A stretch of DNA of 39,074 nt, taken from positions 1 through 39,074 of the IMG/VR virus record IMGVR_UViG_3300028586_000742; one strand, written 5' to 3'. The DNA is from a virus. Its lineage: Duplodnaviria > Caudoviricetes. Under the pieces are notes generated by a model. That model was not told the origin of the DNA. It did not search any database and worked only from the letters and a program-made list of their open reading frames with translations. Shown in pieces: positions 18,941 through 27,521 of the stretch. Both the position numbers and the translations under genes were made by a program. Each line of letters opens with the position of its first letter. The first letter of the stretch is position 1.

Positions 18941-20023
18941 ATGACAGAAGACAACAACTTAGAAGATATATTCTCCAGATATGGTGGAATCATACAGCCT
19001 AATGATTACAAGGAAAAGTTTAGCAACATCATGAATATTTGCATGAATGTAGAGGAAAGACTAAACGGTAGAAAGAATTTCGATTCCTCGGCTCCAAACA
19101 TCAAGGTATGTTTAATTAACAACTCAGAAATGAATGCCACCATAAAAAAGTATGGTGATACATATTACATCGGCGTTTTTGCCGGCACTTTCTTAGTTCT
19201 TGATAATTTATTTATGAGAATGCTAGCACATCCTGGGCTTTTTCAGGAGTTCGGCAATGTCGGTGTTGAGAAGGAACCGGAAAAGGTTTACGAGATAAGA
19301 ACATCCGACTACGTTCATGTTTACGATTTAATGGAAGGTATGATTTACCCCCAAGATGTCGATAGAGTGTTAGTTGCGAACGAATTAAAGACCTTAGTGG
19401 TAAATTTTATCATGTACCACGAATATGGTCATATTATGAACGGCCATTATGATTATGTCCATGCACTGCATGCATATGCATTCAGTGAATCTCCTGTTCC
19501 GGGTGTTGAACCACCGGCTCTTGATTCGGTTTTTTCTCAAGTTTGTGAATTAGACGCAGACATGTATGCTAATGACCAAATGTTATTGAAACTAGGCGCT
19601 TTAGTTATGGATGTTGCAGATCTTAGAAAAATTTATAGGGATCTAAAAACGGCAGTGTACCTATATTCGTTTGCATTATATAGCTACAGGAAATTGATGG
19701 ACGGACCTCAAAGTAAAGAGTTTGACATTAACGTAGCCACCCACCCACCAGCTTCCGTTAGGCAGTCAAACTTGGTATTAGAAACATACGACCATTTCTC
19801 CCGTGAAGAGGCGGTAAAAATATCGGAAGAAGAAAGAAAGGTTATATGTGAATATGCGATCAAAGCGGCTGTGGATGCAGAACATGCATTTGAGACAATA
19901 ACTGAACAGAAATTTGGAGGCGAATACAAGTTTTTCGAAAAAGAAATCTCTGCTTATATGAATAATATGAATACTCAACATCCTGGTGTCCGTAAGGCGC
20001 TGGAACCGTTCGTTTTGAGGTAG
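18941..20023 (+). CDS. Lit/peptidase U49-like (M48-related) HEXXH zinc metallopeptidase, moron
   Basis: YHEYGHI (19415-19435), CELDAD, ATHPPASVR; AT-rich, opposite strand; ATG 18941 preferred over TTG 18812. Confidence 0.75.
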   Translation: MTEDNNLEDIFSRYGGIIQPNDYKEKFSNIMNICMNVEERLNGRKNFDSSAPNIKVCLINNSEMNATIKKYGDTYYIGVFAGTFLVLDNLFMRMLAHPGLFQEFGNVGVEKEPEKVYEIRTSDYVHVYDLMEGMIYPQDVDRVLVANELKTLVVNFIMYHEYGHIMNGHYDYVHALHAYAFSESPVPGVEPPALDSVFSQVCELDADMYANDQMLLKLGALVMDVADLRKIYRDLKTAVYLYSFALYSYRKLMDGPQSKEFDINVATHPPASVRQSNLVLETYDHFSREEAVKISEEERKVICEYAIKAAVDAEHAFETITEQKFGGEYKFFEKEISAYMNNMNTQHPGVRKALEPFVLR

Positions 20024-20080
20024 AAATCCATCTTAATTGTAAGTGAATAATTAGTTAAGTATCTCTTATTATATCTCCGT

Positions 20081-21766
20081 TTATCCGATGATGATGTCCA
20101 TTTCTTGGTTGCTGGTGTAGCCATACTCTTCCTTGAAGCGGCCAATGTACAGGGTTTCGAAAGCATCACCCAGGTGCGGCGCATCCTCTGGTGCAATCAG
20201 CTTTGAGCGCTCAGGACGTTTGTCTTTCTCATAAAGATTGTTGCCAACCTGACGCGCACCGGTGAGCTGCATAGAGTTCAGTACTGACTCCGCATTGTCG
20301 TGGTTAAACCTAACCGGTTTGAACCTTTGATCCTGCTCTTTGAATACGTTCTCCCATAGCCGGTACCTGGTGGTTTGGTTTGGTTGTCCACCAATGTGGT
20401 GATCAATCACCTGCCATGCGACCCGGTTGTTGTCGGTTCCGCGAAGTTGATTAATCACCTGCTGTGAATAGCTTTCAAGCTTATCCGCTCCCACACCGGT
20501 AGCTGTGTTATCATAGTAGTAGTGTACCACCTTGCAAGGGTAATGCTCGTAATACTTCTTAAAGTCGTCAACCAAATCGCTAAGGATCTTCTTATCCGCG
20601 CCCAGCACAAACATGCTCTTTACAACCCGGTAATGCTTGACAGAATCCTGTCCAACGACGAGGGATTTAATTGAACCGTTGTAATCGAAAGCAATGTCCA
20701 GCGGCTTATTCTTGATCAGGTCTGCATCTTTCCTGGAATCTTTCACAACCCCTTCTGGCAGATATAGCCCAAGAGAATCGATGTATTCATAGTCGTATGA
20801 GTGGTAGCAATGCACCTGTGGATCCAGCAAGTGAAAGAAGCCATCTTCAACAGCAAGGTTCTTCATGTTAAGAATGGAGGTATCGAACACATGATCCTTC
20901 AACTCCCGTAACCACTGGTGGAACTTACGCTCGCCAAGGATCTGTATGTTATCCAGGGTAGAAGCTTCAGAGTACCAGACTAAACTTTCCCGGTCGCCAT
21001 CTTCATTAACTTCACCCATCTTGATCTCATTAATGGCGAGATAGTAGTTGCACAGCTTGCGGTGCAGGTAATCTTTGCGCGGCTTGGTGGTGCGCGGATG
21101 ATCATATTCCGCTTTCATCTTATTGAATTCTACTTGAAGGGTGATGATCAGAGTAACCTTCTCCATATCTACCTGCTTTGCTTTCTCTAAGATGTGCCGT
21201 GCTTTCTTGGTTGTAGGCATGTCTGTGTACATGGTAACCATGTGGTGTTCCCACATATGCCCGAACAGTTCATCGTTACCACGGTTTGCCGGAACAACCT
21301 CTTCCAGGTACTGATCGTGATTCAGGAACTTGTTCTCATCATTCACAATAGCATCAAAGGACTTGGCATTAGCCAAACCCTGACGATCCTGGCTGACCAG
21401 GTAAAACACGTGACCGTTGTACCAGTAGATATAATGGGATGGATCTAGCGCTTTATAAATCGGATCATCAATTTCGAACTTTGCAGGCGGTTTCTCCCGT
21501 ACCCAGTAATGCACACCACGGCGGTAACCTTTAGCCTCCCAACTCTTAAATAGCGGGGGAAGCGTACGATCCAGCAGCTGCATGTAAGTCTGGGCAATAA
21601 CACCAGTGGTGCCCCGAGGCATTTGATTGGCACCATGCGCAGAGCGTGTGCCGATTGGTCCATCAGTCTTACCGGTGGCACGGCCCCAAACACCATACTC
21701 TTCCGGAGCCATGATCAACTGAGAAAGCTTTTGCGGCTTGTTTAGCCAAATATTCTTAACCTCCAT
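20081..21766 (-). CDS. terL: Terminase large subunit
   Basis: Walker A WGRATGKT, Walker B DAIVNDE, nuclease motifs IAFDYN and HLGDAFE. Confidence 0.88.
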   Translation of the reverse strand: MEVKNIWLNKPQKLSQLIMAPEEYGVWGRATGKTDGPIGTRSAHGANQMPRGTTGVIAQTYMQLLDRTLPPLFKSWEAKGYRRGVHYWVREKPPAKFEIDDPIYKALDPSHYIYWYNGHVFYLVSQDRQGLANAKSFDAIVNDENKFLNHDQYLEEVVPANRGNDELFGHMWEHHMVTMYTDMPTTKKARHILEKAKQVDMEKVTLIITLQVEFNKMKAEYDHPRTTKPRKDYLHRKLCNYYLAINEIKMGEVNEDGDRESLVWYSEASTLDNIQILGERKFHQWLRELKDHVFDTSILNMKNLAVEDGFFHLLDPQVHCYHSYDYEYIDSLGLYLPEGVVKDSRKDADLIKNKPLDIAFDYNGSIKSLVVGQDSVKHYRVVKSMFVLGADKKILSDLVDDFKKYYEHYPCKVVHYYYDNTATGVGADKLESYSQQVINQLRGTDNNRVAWQVIDHHIGGQPNQTTRYRLWENVFKEQDQRFKPVRFNHDNAESVLNSMQLTGARQVGNNLYEKDKRPERSKLIAPEDAPHLGDAFETLYIGRFKEEYGYTSNQEMDIIIG

Positions 21767-22418
21767 GCTCTTCAGTGTAGTTTACGGATTCACTTTCGGA
21801 GATGATCAGGTCAATCTTACTCTTTTTACGTTTTGCCAAGATACGCGCAACAGCTGCTTCCGGATCATCCACTTTAGGGAATCCAAGTTCACACGGATCT
21901 ACCACCAGGTTAAATGATGGTAAGTGAATGTTTTCGTAATCCGGACGTTCCTGCTCTTCCTTCAGTAATCCCTTGATCTCGGCTAGTGCTTTGTAGAAAG
22001 CAGCAGCGCTTTTGAAGTCACCTAGGCTTTTTGCCTCGAACATCATTTGCTCGCCCCATTCGATCATTACCCCACGTGCAAAATCGCGATCATCTTTCGA
22101 GTAGGTCGAGAGAAAGAACTTCTTTGCGTTGGCTATATCATCATAGGCCGTACGATATGACACACTAAATTCTTGCACCAGGTAAGCTGCAAGTTTATTG
22201 AATGTATAAGGTTGGGTGATCTCTTTACCACCCTTTACAACCAGGTAACCATCACGAAGTAAGCTATCAGCCTTTTGCCAACGCTTCAGCATGTTTTGTA
22301 GCTGCTCAGGCAGTTGATCAACCTGATGTTCAAGCCATGCCCGTAAAATAATGTCGTAGGTAGTTTCTTTCTTGATATCACGGGGCTTTAGTAGCCCGGC
22401 AAGCATTGGGACACTCAT
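21756..22418 (-). CDS. Probable terminase small subunit
   Basis: HTH-like segment LVQEFSVSYRTAYDDI; overlaps the terL start. Confidence 0.55.
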   Translation of the reverse strand: MSVPMLAGLLKPRDIKKETTYDIILRAWLEHQVDQLPEQLQNMLKRWQKADSLLRDGYLVVKGGKEITQPYTFNKLAAYLVQEFSVSYRTAYDDIANAKKFFLSTYSKDDRDFARGVMIEWGEQMMFEAKSLGDFKSAAAFYKALAEIKGLLKEEQERPDYENIHLPSFNLVVDPCELGFPKVDDPEAAVARILAKRKKSKIDLIISESESVNYTEEHGG

Positions 22419-23104
22419 TCTTTAACTGTTCCTCCTAATTCTTTAATTCGTTGGACATTCTTTTGGATCAGCGCCTTTGTGGCTTCCACATCCCGACATC
22501 CTTCGGACTTCAGGCGGGTTCGCGCCTTGGAAGTGCTTTGGCGTAGAAGCTGAATTTCCTCTGCAGCCGGGCGGATTACCTTTACTTCAGCCTTCACCAG
22601 TGGAAAGTGGCCGTACTCATCGTAATAGTCAATCATCTTCCAGGTATCCTGCAGCTTTCCGTGCAGGGAAAGTATTTGCTTGGCGGTTTGGTGCAAGAAA
22701 GCAGGATTAGTGCCCAGATCCAGTTCAGTACGGTTGCGCTCAATCTGGCGGTACAAGGTTTGAATGTATTCTTTCAATTGCAGGTACTTCGGATATTCAG
22801 AAGTGTTATTGGTAGGTGCAGCACCCGGAGTGGGTGCGTCCGGTTTTTCCCCCTCTTGCACATTGACAGGAGGGGGTTCAAAGGTAACTATAGAGGCGGG
22901 GGGTGCATCGTTGGTGATGGCAGGTGGAGCAGGAGCGAGATCCTTCAGATCTGCTCCAAGCTTTTTGATGTTGTACGCCGTGGCTCCCTGGGTATTCAGT
23001 AGGGATTTGAAAAGGGAGTTCTTGCCGTATTTGATATACAGCGCTTTCCCGGTTTCAAAATCTTTACCTGATCGCAGCCATGCGTTTATTTCCTGCATGA
23101 TCAA
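22415..23104 (-). CDS. Hypothetical phage protein
   Basis: EINAWLRSGKDFETGKALY N-terminus, Pro-rich linker, coiled coil; start may be ATG 23098. Confidence 0.7.
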   Translation of the reverse strand: MIMQEINAWLRSGKDFETGKALYIKYGKNSLFKSLLNTQGATAYNIKKLGADLKDLAPAPPAITNDAPPASIVTFEPPPVNVQEGEKPDAPTPGAAPTNNTSEYPKYLQLKEYIQTLYRQIERNRTELDLGTNPAFLHQTAKQILSLHGKLQDTWKMIDYYDEYGHFPLVKAEVKVIRPAAEEIQLLRQSTSKARTRLKSEGCRDVEATKALIQKNVQRIKELGGTVKE

Positions 23105-23143
23105 AGGTGCTCAGAACAGGGAAAGTGCGAAAGGACAGGTAAA
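23102..23143 (-). promoter_or_regulatory. Putative late promoter copy 4
   Basis: - strand TTTACCTGTCCTTT-N20-CACCTTTG; shares TTTACCTGTCCTTTCGCAC (19 nt) with copy 3. Confidence 0.72.
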
Positions 23144-23152
23144 TTGGGTATG

Positions 23153-23187
23153 CAATTAAGCCTCTGTGGTGTGCAGAGGCTTAATTG
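23153..23187. terminator. 14-bp perfect hairpin at the end of the three-gene moron
   Basis: CAATTAAGCCTCTG-tggtgtg-CAGAGGCTTAATTG overlapping the stop codon at 23181. Confidence 0.6.
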
Positions 23188-23822
23188 TTACAAAAACAGG
23201 GATCATCGAGGCCAGGATGATCAACAATTTCTATACTAGCAAAATTTACAAAAGCAGCTCGAGCATTTGCACCGATTTTTGCAGCAATTTTCTTAATAGC
23301 TTTTGGATCGTTTTTGGCAAATTCCTCCAATGTTTGACCTTCAACATCCCAAAGAATGGAATAATGCCAAAAATTACCCTTTGTTGGAGTATGCTTCACG
23401 TAACATTTTGCATTATAAGAATTTTCTTCCAGTTTGATAGAAGCACTAATTTTTGCTAAAAATCCAATTTTTATCCCCCAATAAGTGCGTGCTTGATTTA
23501 GTTCAAAATGGTCTGGATGGATAGGGGTAAGACCTTCCTCATCAGGAGGACAATAAGCGTTAAAAAGTACTTTGCCTTCATTGGTGAATTCGATCTTGGT
23601 ATGTTCAAGTTTGTATATCCCAAGCAAACATGTAGACAAGTCGTGAATATGTTCTCTAGGGCTACAAATTCGATTAACGGCTAACTTTCCTGATCCGTCC
23701 AAAATCGTTTCTGTGACATTTGCTCTGTCAACATACCGAATAAGATAGTGTTCATTTATATCGCAGTCTATGATCTTATATTCCTTCTTAGGTAAAAGCG
23801 TGTCTGGATACACTTGAGGCAT
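23181..23822 (-). CDS. Putative ADP-ribosyltransferase-like toxin
   Basis: Ordered motifs YLIR, DLST, HTPTKGNFWH resembling R-S-H ART/RES-like folds; AT-rich. Confidence 0.45.
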   Translation of the reverse strand: MPQVYPDTLLPKKEYKIIDCDINEHYLIRYVDRANVTETILDGSGKLAVNRICSPREHIHDLSTCLLGIYKLEHTKIEFTNEGKVLFNAYCPPDEEGLTPIHPDHFELNQARTYWGIKIGFLAKISASIKLEENSYNAKCYVKHTPTKGNFWHYSILWDVEGQTLEEFAKNDPKAIKKIAAKIGANARAAFVNFASIEIVDHPGLDDPCFCNN

Positions 23823-24495
23823 TAATCTTTGTTGTTTTTTGTTGAACCAATGTTTTGCTTTTTGGTAAAAAATAAGAGTCAGCGTCCTCTAAAGAAGCTG
23901 GGAAATCGACAATCATATTTCCGTGAAAAACGCTCATTACAACCTTATCTGAGGCGTTAATGTTAGTTGTTTGGTGTTGAACTAACGTCCTACTTTTTGG
24001 TACAAAATGAGAATAGGCCCCTTCTAAGCTGCCTGAATAATCTACAGTCATGTCTGCTGCTTTAAACGCAGTGAGTACAACTTCATCTAAATCAGTATTT
24101 TTGTAGTCTACAAAATGCTCTAAGTAATAGTTTGCGCTGTCTAATGTAAAAGAATACAAAACACTACCATCGTATGTAGGTTGAACGGTTAAATTTACAG
24201 GTCTTAATTTTGAGATAAATTCCGATAGTTCTTCTATTTGACGTCTTAATCTCTCATCAGAAAATGTGGTGAGCGCATGATAACTAACTCTATCTCTATT
24301 TAAGATACGGAAAAAATGTTCAACCAAAGGATTTTCTTTATAAGATTTGATTGCACTACTCTCTTGCCGATTTAGGTAAAATGCTCCAATTGCAGTAGAT
24401 GTGTTTATCATATTGTTAGAACAAATTACTTCAGGAATGACACCGTTTAAGAACGTTGCATCTGCTTTTTCTTTTATATCTGCTGGAACCCCCAT
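23788..24495 (-). CDS. Hypothetical protein, antitoxin-like, with duplicated C-terminal repeat
   Basis: VQPTYDGSVLYSF motif; two ~45-aa repeats; 35-nt overlap with the toxin-like gene. Confidence 0.5.
   Translation of the reverse strand: MGVPADIKEKADATFLNGVIPEVICSNNMINTSTAIGAFYLNRQESSAIKSYKENPLVEHFFRILNRDRVSYHALTTFSDERLRRQIEELSEFISKLRPVNLTVQPTYDGSVLYSFTLDSANYYLEHFVDYKNTDLDEVVLTAFKAADMTVDYSGSLEGAYSHFVPKSRTLVQHQTTNINASDKVVMSVFHGNMIVDFPASLEDADSYFLPKSKTLVQQKTTKINASSVSRHAFT
23815..24087. repeat. Diverged tandem duplication (about 135/138 bp)
   Basis: Both units start TGAGGC(A/G)TTAAT at 23815 and 23950; encode ...SLEGAYSHFVPKSRTLVQHQTTNINAS and ...SLEDADSYFLPKSKTLVQQKTTKINAS. Confidence 0.85.
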
Positions 24496-24497
24496 AA

Positions 24498-24845
24498 TTA
24501 CACTTTTTGTTTGCTTATATCTCCAAATTTTTCCTCGAACTCGTTAATATGTTGTTGCATCCAAGTCACAACAGTTTTAGCAACCTCTAGATCCAAAAGT
24601 AAACCAAATTGAACTTCTCTTACTGAAGAAGGCTCACTCGGAGAAGCCGGCACTGGGTGCGGTGCTAAATCATTACCAATGATTTCGTGTTGTACAGACT
24701 TTGGTAATTCGAGTGTATCCAGAAAGAAATTCATATTTAATTGGCCTTTAGCCGTCACGCCACCAAAAACTCCGCTTGCCCAAACTGTTCTAAAGTCCAC
24801 GTTTTTTACATTTTTGAAGGTATAAAGCTTATTCGGTTTGCCCAT
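24498..24845 (-). CDS. DUF3467-like small protein (chaperone-like)
   Basis: FRTVWASGVFGGVT...NFF...VREVQFGLLLDLEVAKTVVTWM pattern, 115 aa. Confidence 0.5.
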   Translation of the reverse strand: MGKPNKLYTFKNVKNVDFRTVWASGVFGGVTAKGQLNMNFFLDTLELPKSVQHEIIGNDLAPHPVPASPSEPSSVREVQFGLLLDLEVAKTVVTWMQQHINEFEEKFGDISKQKV

Positions 24846-24985
24846 ATGTTCTATTGATGTATTAAATACAAGTGATAAAGTTAAAAGTTTACAAATATGG
24901 AAATAAATTACATATAAATATTGAGAATAATATGTAAAAAATGTTAAATATAGATGCCGTCACCTTCAGGTATTCACTGCTATAT

Positions 24986-25018
24986 AAAAAAAAAGCGGCC
25001 ATCTCTGAACCGCTTTTT
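24986..25018. terminator. Bidirectional intrinsic terminator
   Basis: A9-GCGG...CCGC-T5, downstream of the capsid/tail tube operon. Confidence 0.75.
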
Positions 25019-25051
25019 AGCCTAACCTAACTATTAAAACAAACTGACGTT

Positions 25052-25237
25052 TTACTTTTTATTCACCGGTACTGCCCTCAAATAGTCAGTGCCAGCTTTA
25101 ACCAGTTGTTCCGCCTGGTCTACGGTCATTGTTCTGAAGTCAACATCACCGATCCTGCTGTGCAGAACAGGACTGGTGGTATTGATGACTTCGAACTTTC
25201 CTTCCAATGCTGGACTTAATGTGAACTGCTTTTTCAT
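25052..25237 (-). CDS. Small hypothetical phage protein
   Basis: 61 aa, last gene before the terminator. Confidence 0.65.
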   Translation of the reverse strand: MKKQFTLSPALEGKFEVINTTSPVLHSRIGDVDFRTMTVDQAEQLVKAGTDYLRAVPVNKK

Positions 25238-25246
25238 GGCAGATGA

Positions 25247-25804
25247 TTAGGCGCCCACTGCCGGAAGTTCAGCGGTGTATTCGTACATCGGTACGGTATC
25301 GAACGCTTTAAGTGAAATTTTTAAACCAACCTCACCGGTAGAGCCGGTACCGAAACCACCTGCGATATCCTGAACCTTTGCTGGCATTCCAACTGTACCA
25401 ATTTGCCAGAAGCCAGTTGCCTGACCTGTTCTACGTACAAGTACAATAAAACGCATGTTTTTGATTGCAGCTGCACCACCTAATAAAGCGGCAGAGATCT
25501 GCGGAATGAAGAACTCAACATCCGTTTCAAACACCTTAGACAACTCTTCCCCAGATAGTTTAGAGTTGACACCAGATTTGTTGTACAATGGATTTACCAA
25601 AATTGGTGCCTTACCTGTGGCAAGTACGTGCGATGCCGCAATTGTAGCAAGGGAGCTTGCAGTTGTACCTGCAGGCGTCGGCTTGCCTTCTGTTTTTAAG
25701 TAGCTTAGCGGGATAAGGTATGCCTGCTCCTGGATACCCGAGGCGTTTTCTAAACCATCTTCAAATACGAAGTTTAAGCCTGTGATTGCTTTATAATCAT
25801 TCAT
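25247..25804 (-). CDS. Probable major tail tube protein
   Basis: 185 aa beta-rich with ENASGI N-terminus and WQIGT...PA motif, downstream of capsid. Confidence 0.6.
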   Translation of the reverse strand: MNDYKAITGLNFVFEDGLENASGIQEQAYLIPLSYLKTEGKPTPAGTTASSLATIAASHVLATGKAPILVNPLYNKSGVNSKLSGEELSKVFETDVEFFIPQISAALLGGAAAIKNMRFIVLVRRTGQATGFWQIGTVGMPAKVQDIAGGFGTGSTGEVGLKISLKAFDTVPMYEYTAELPAVGA

Positions 25805-25808
25805 TTTA

Positions 25809-26327
25809 TTAATCGATTAATGTGATTGAACCTGAACCAATTTCAAGCAGCTTTTTCAGGATGTAGGTATCTTCTACCAGATCCTGAGCGGTATACTGCT
25901 TACCGTCAAAATGAACGCCATAGTTCACTTTAACCTTTTTACCGTCTACATCTGCTTCCAGTGGATTTGCAGCCCGAGCAGCAGATGAGTTGAATCCTGT
26001 AGTAGCGTCCGCTACGATTTCCAGTGCTTCTTTAAGCTGAGTGCGCAGGTCTTCAGTTTCCTGATCCTGCTGTGTAAGCTGTTCTTTGTAATCAGCTTCA
26101 AGTTGATCTGTAGCCTCTGTAAACTTGATTTTAACTTCTTCAAGTACTTTAAGGTGTTCGGCTTTAAGCACCGATATTGCTTCAGGATCATACAAGCCAG
26201 CGGCCACATTCTTTAACTTTTCTAGCACCAAATCAACCAGGCTACCCATTTTATCCCGATTAGTTGCTTTTTCTTTCTCAGCCAGGATTTCGGCTACGAA
26301 TTTTTCAATGTGTTCCAATGTAAACAT
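25809..26327 (-). CDS. Hypothetical coiled-coil phage protein
   Basis: 172 aa acidic; C-terminal LKKLLEIGSGSI. Confidence 0.65.
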   Translation of the reverse strand: MFTLEHIEKFVAEILAEKEKATNRDKMGSLVDLVLEKLKNVAAGLYDPEAISVLKAEHLKVLEEVKIKFTEATDQLEADYKEQLTQQDQETEDLRTQLKEALEIVADATTGFNSSAARAANPLEADVDGKKVKVNYGVHFDGKQYTAQDLVEDTYILKKLLEIGSGSITLID

Positions 26328-26331
26328 TTAT

Positions 26332-26351
26332 GGTCCGGGCAGAACCGGACC
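26332..26351. other. Hairpin after the capsid gene (mRNA stabiliser or attenuator)
   Basis: GGTCCGG-gcagaa-CCGGACC. Confidence 0.4.
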
Positions 26352-26368
26352 GTTAAAGAATCTGTTAA

Positions 26369-27457
26369 TTACGCCTGATCGTTTACTTTGATCGCGTTCA
26401 GGTCACGCACCTGGAAGCCCATCGCGAACAATACTCTCCACTTAAGGATTTCAAGTTCAACATCGGTATGGATCTTATCCATATCACCTAGTGCATCAAC
26501 ACCAGCAAGCAAATTCGCTTTAGGCGTAGAAATAAGGCGCTGAGATGAACCCATCCAGGTAGCCGGTACAATCTTCACTTTACGCGCAGTATTATCTACT
26601 GTGTACACGCCAGCATCGTTAGGCTCTAAGTACTTTTTGTACTTCTCACGATAATCTTCGTTATACTTATCGAACACGTCGTAAGACATGAAGATCTCGA
26701 AACCTGCACGGCGGAAAGCCACAGGCATCGCTTTCATCATCTGCTCTACTTTGGATACAGCGTTAACATTGGAGATGGCTCCAGTTGCAACCGGTACCAG
26801 ACCTGTTCCAGCAACAGCGGTTTCGGCAGCGATTGCAGCAGCGATGATGGTACCTAAACCATCGAACGATTTAGCGACAGATGAGAAATCACCTTTTGCA
26901 GCCAGGTAAGACGAGTCGTTTACCTCCTGCGCAATTTTGATCATGGTCTGCTCAGTAACATACTTTGCAAAAGGGATATCGTCAGGGTTTACGCCTGGCT
27001 TCATCACCTCACTCATGAAAGTGTTGCGATATTTCAACGGATTGATCAACATGTCACGCTTTAACAGCTCAACAGATAGATCACGACCGCTATACTTCAA
27101 ATCGTCATCAGCAGCGTCGAATTGTTCACGGTATCCACGAACGCCATCTTTAACGGTTAATTTGGTAAGCTTCAAAGTGTTCTTGATACCAGGAATGACG
27201 GTGATGTCATTGAAGATATCCAGCGAGTTACGCAATGTAGAGAATAAAGCTTTCTCATACTTACCTGCGTAAGCAGCTAAAGCGCTGGTGTCTGGCGTAG
27301 CCATGAAAGCAGCACTTGTCTCGCGTTTAACCATACCTATGGCAGTTAAGCCTAAGCCGGTGGCAAAACCGATTGCCGGGCTTGCGAAAAACGTTCCTGC
27401 AGCATAAGCAATCATCGTGATCACAAGCAGGGAAATCATTAATTTAAAATTTTTCAT
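26369..27457 (-). CDS. Major capsid protein with hydrophobic N-terminal leader
   Basis: 362 aa directly after the head protease; SFDGLGTII motif; first ~42 aa hydrophobic. Confidence 0.75.
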   Translation of the reverse strand: MKNFKLMISLLVITMIAYAAGTFFASPAIGFATGLGLTAIGMVKRETSAAFMATPDTSALAAYAGKYEKALFSTLRNSLDIFNDITVIPGIKNTLKLTKLTVKDGVRGYREQFDAADDDLKYSGRDLSVELLKRDMLINPLKYRNTFMSEVMKPGVNPDDIPFAKYVTEQTMIKIAQEVNDSSYLAAKGDFSSVAKSFDGLGTIIAAAIAAETAVAGTGLVPVATGAISNVNAVSKVEQMMKAMPVAFRRAGFEIFMSYDVFDKYNEDYREKYKKYLEPNDAGVYTVDNTARKVKIVPATWMGSSQRLISTPKANLLAGVDALGDMDKIHTDVELEILKWRVLFAMGFQVRDLNAIKVNDQA

Positions 27458-27521
27458 TTGAGATGAATAAGGGGTAAAGGGTTTGTTTGGATTATTGGGT
27501 TTTTAGATGGGTTACTAATGG

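Noticed and set aside
25052-25804. Programmed G/GT tail chaperone frameshift after the tail tube gene
   Set aside because: A terminator follows the 61-aa gene and no overlapping second ORF is evident
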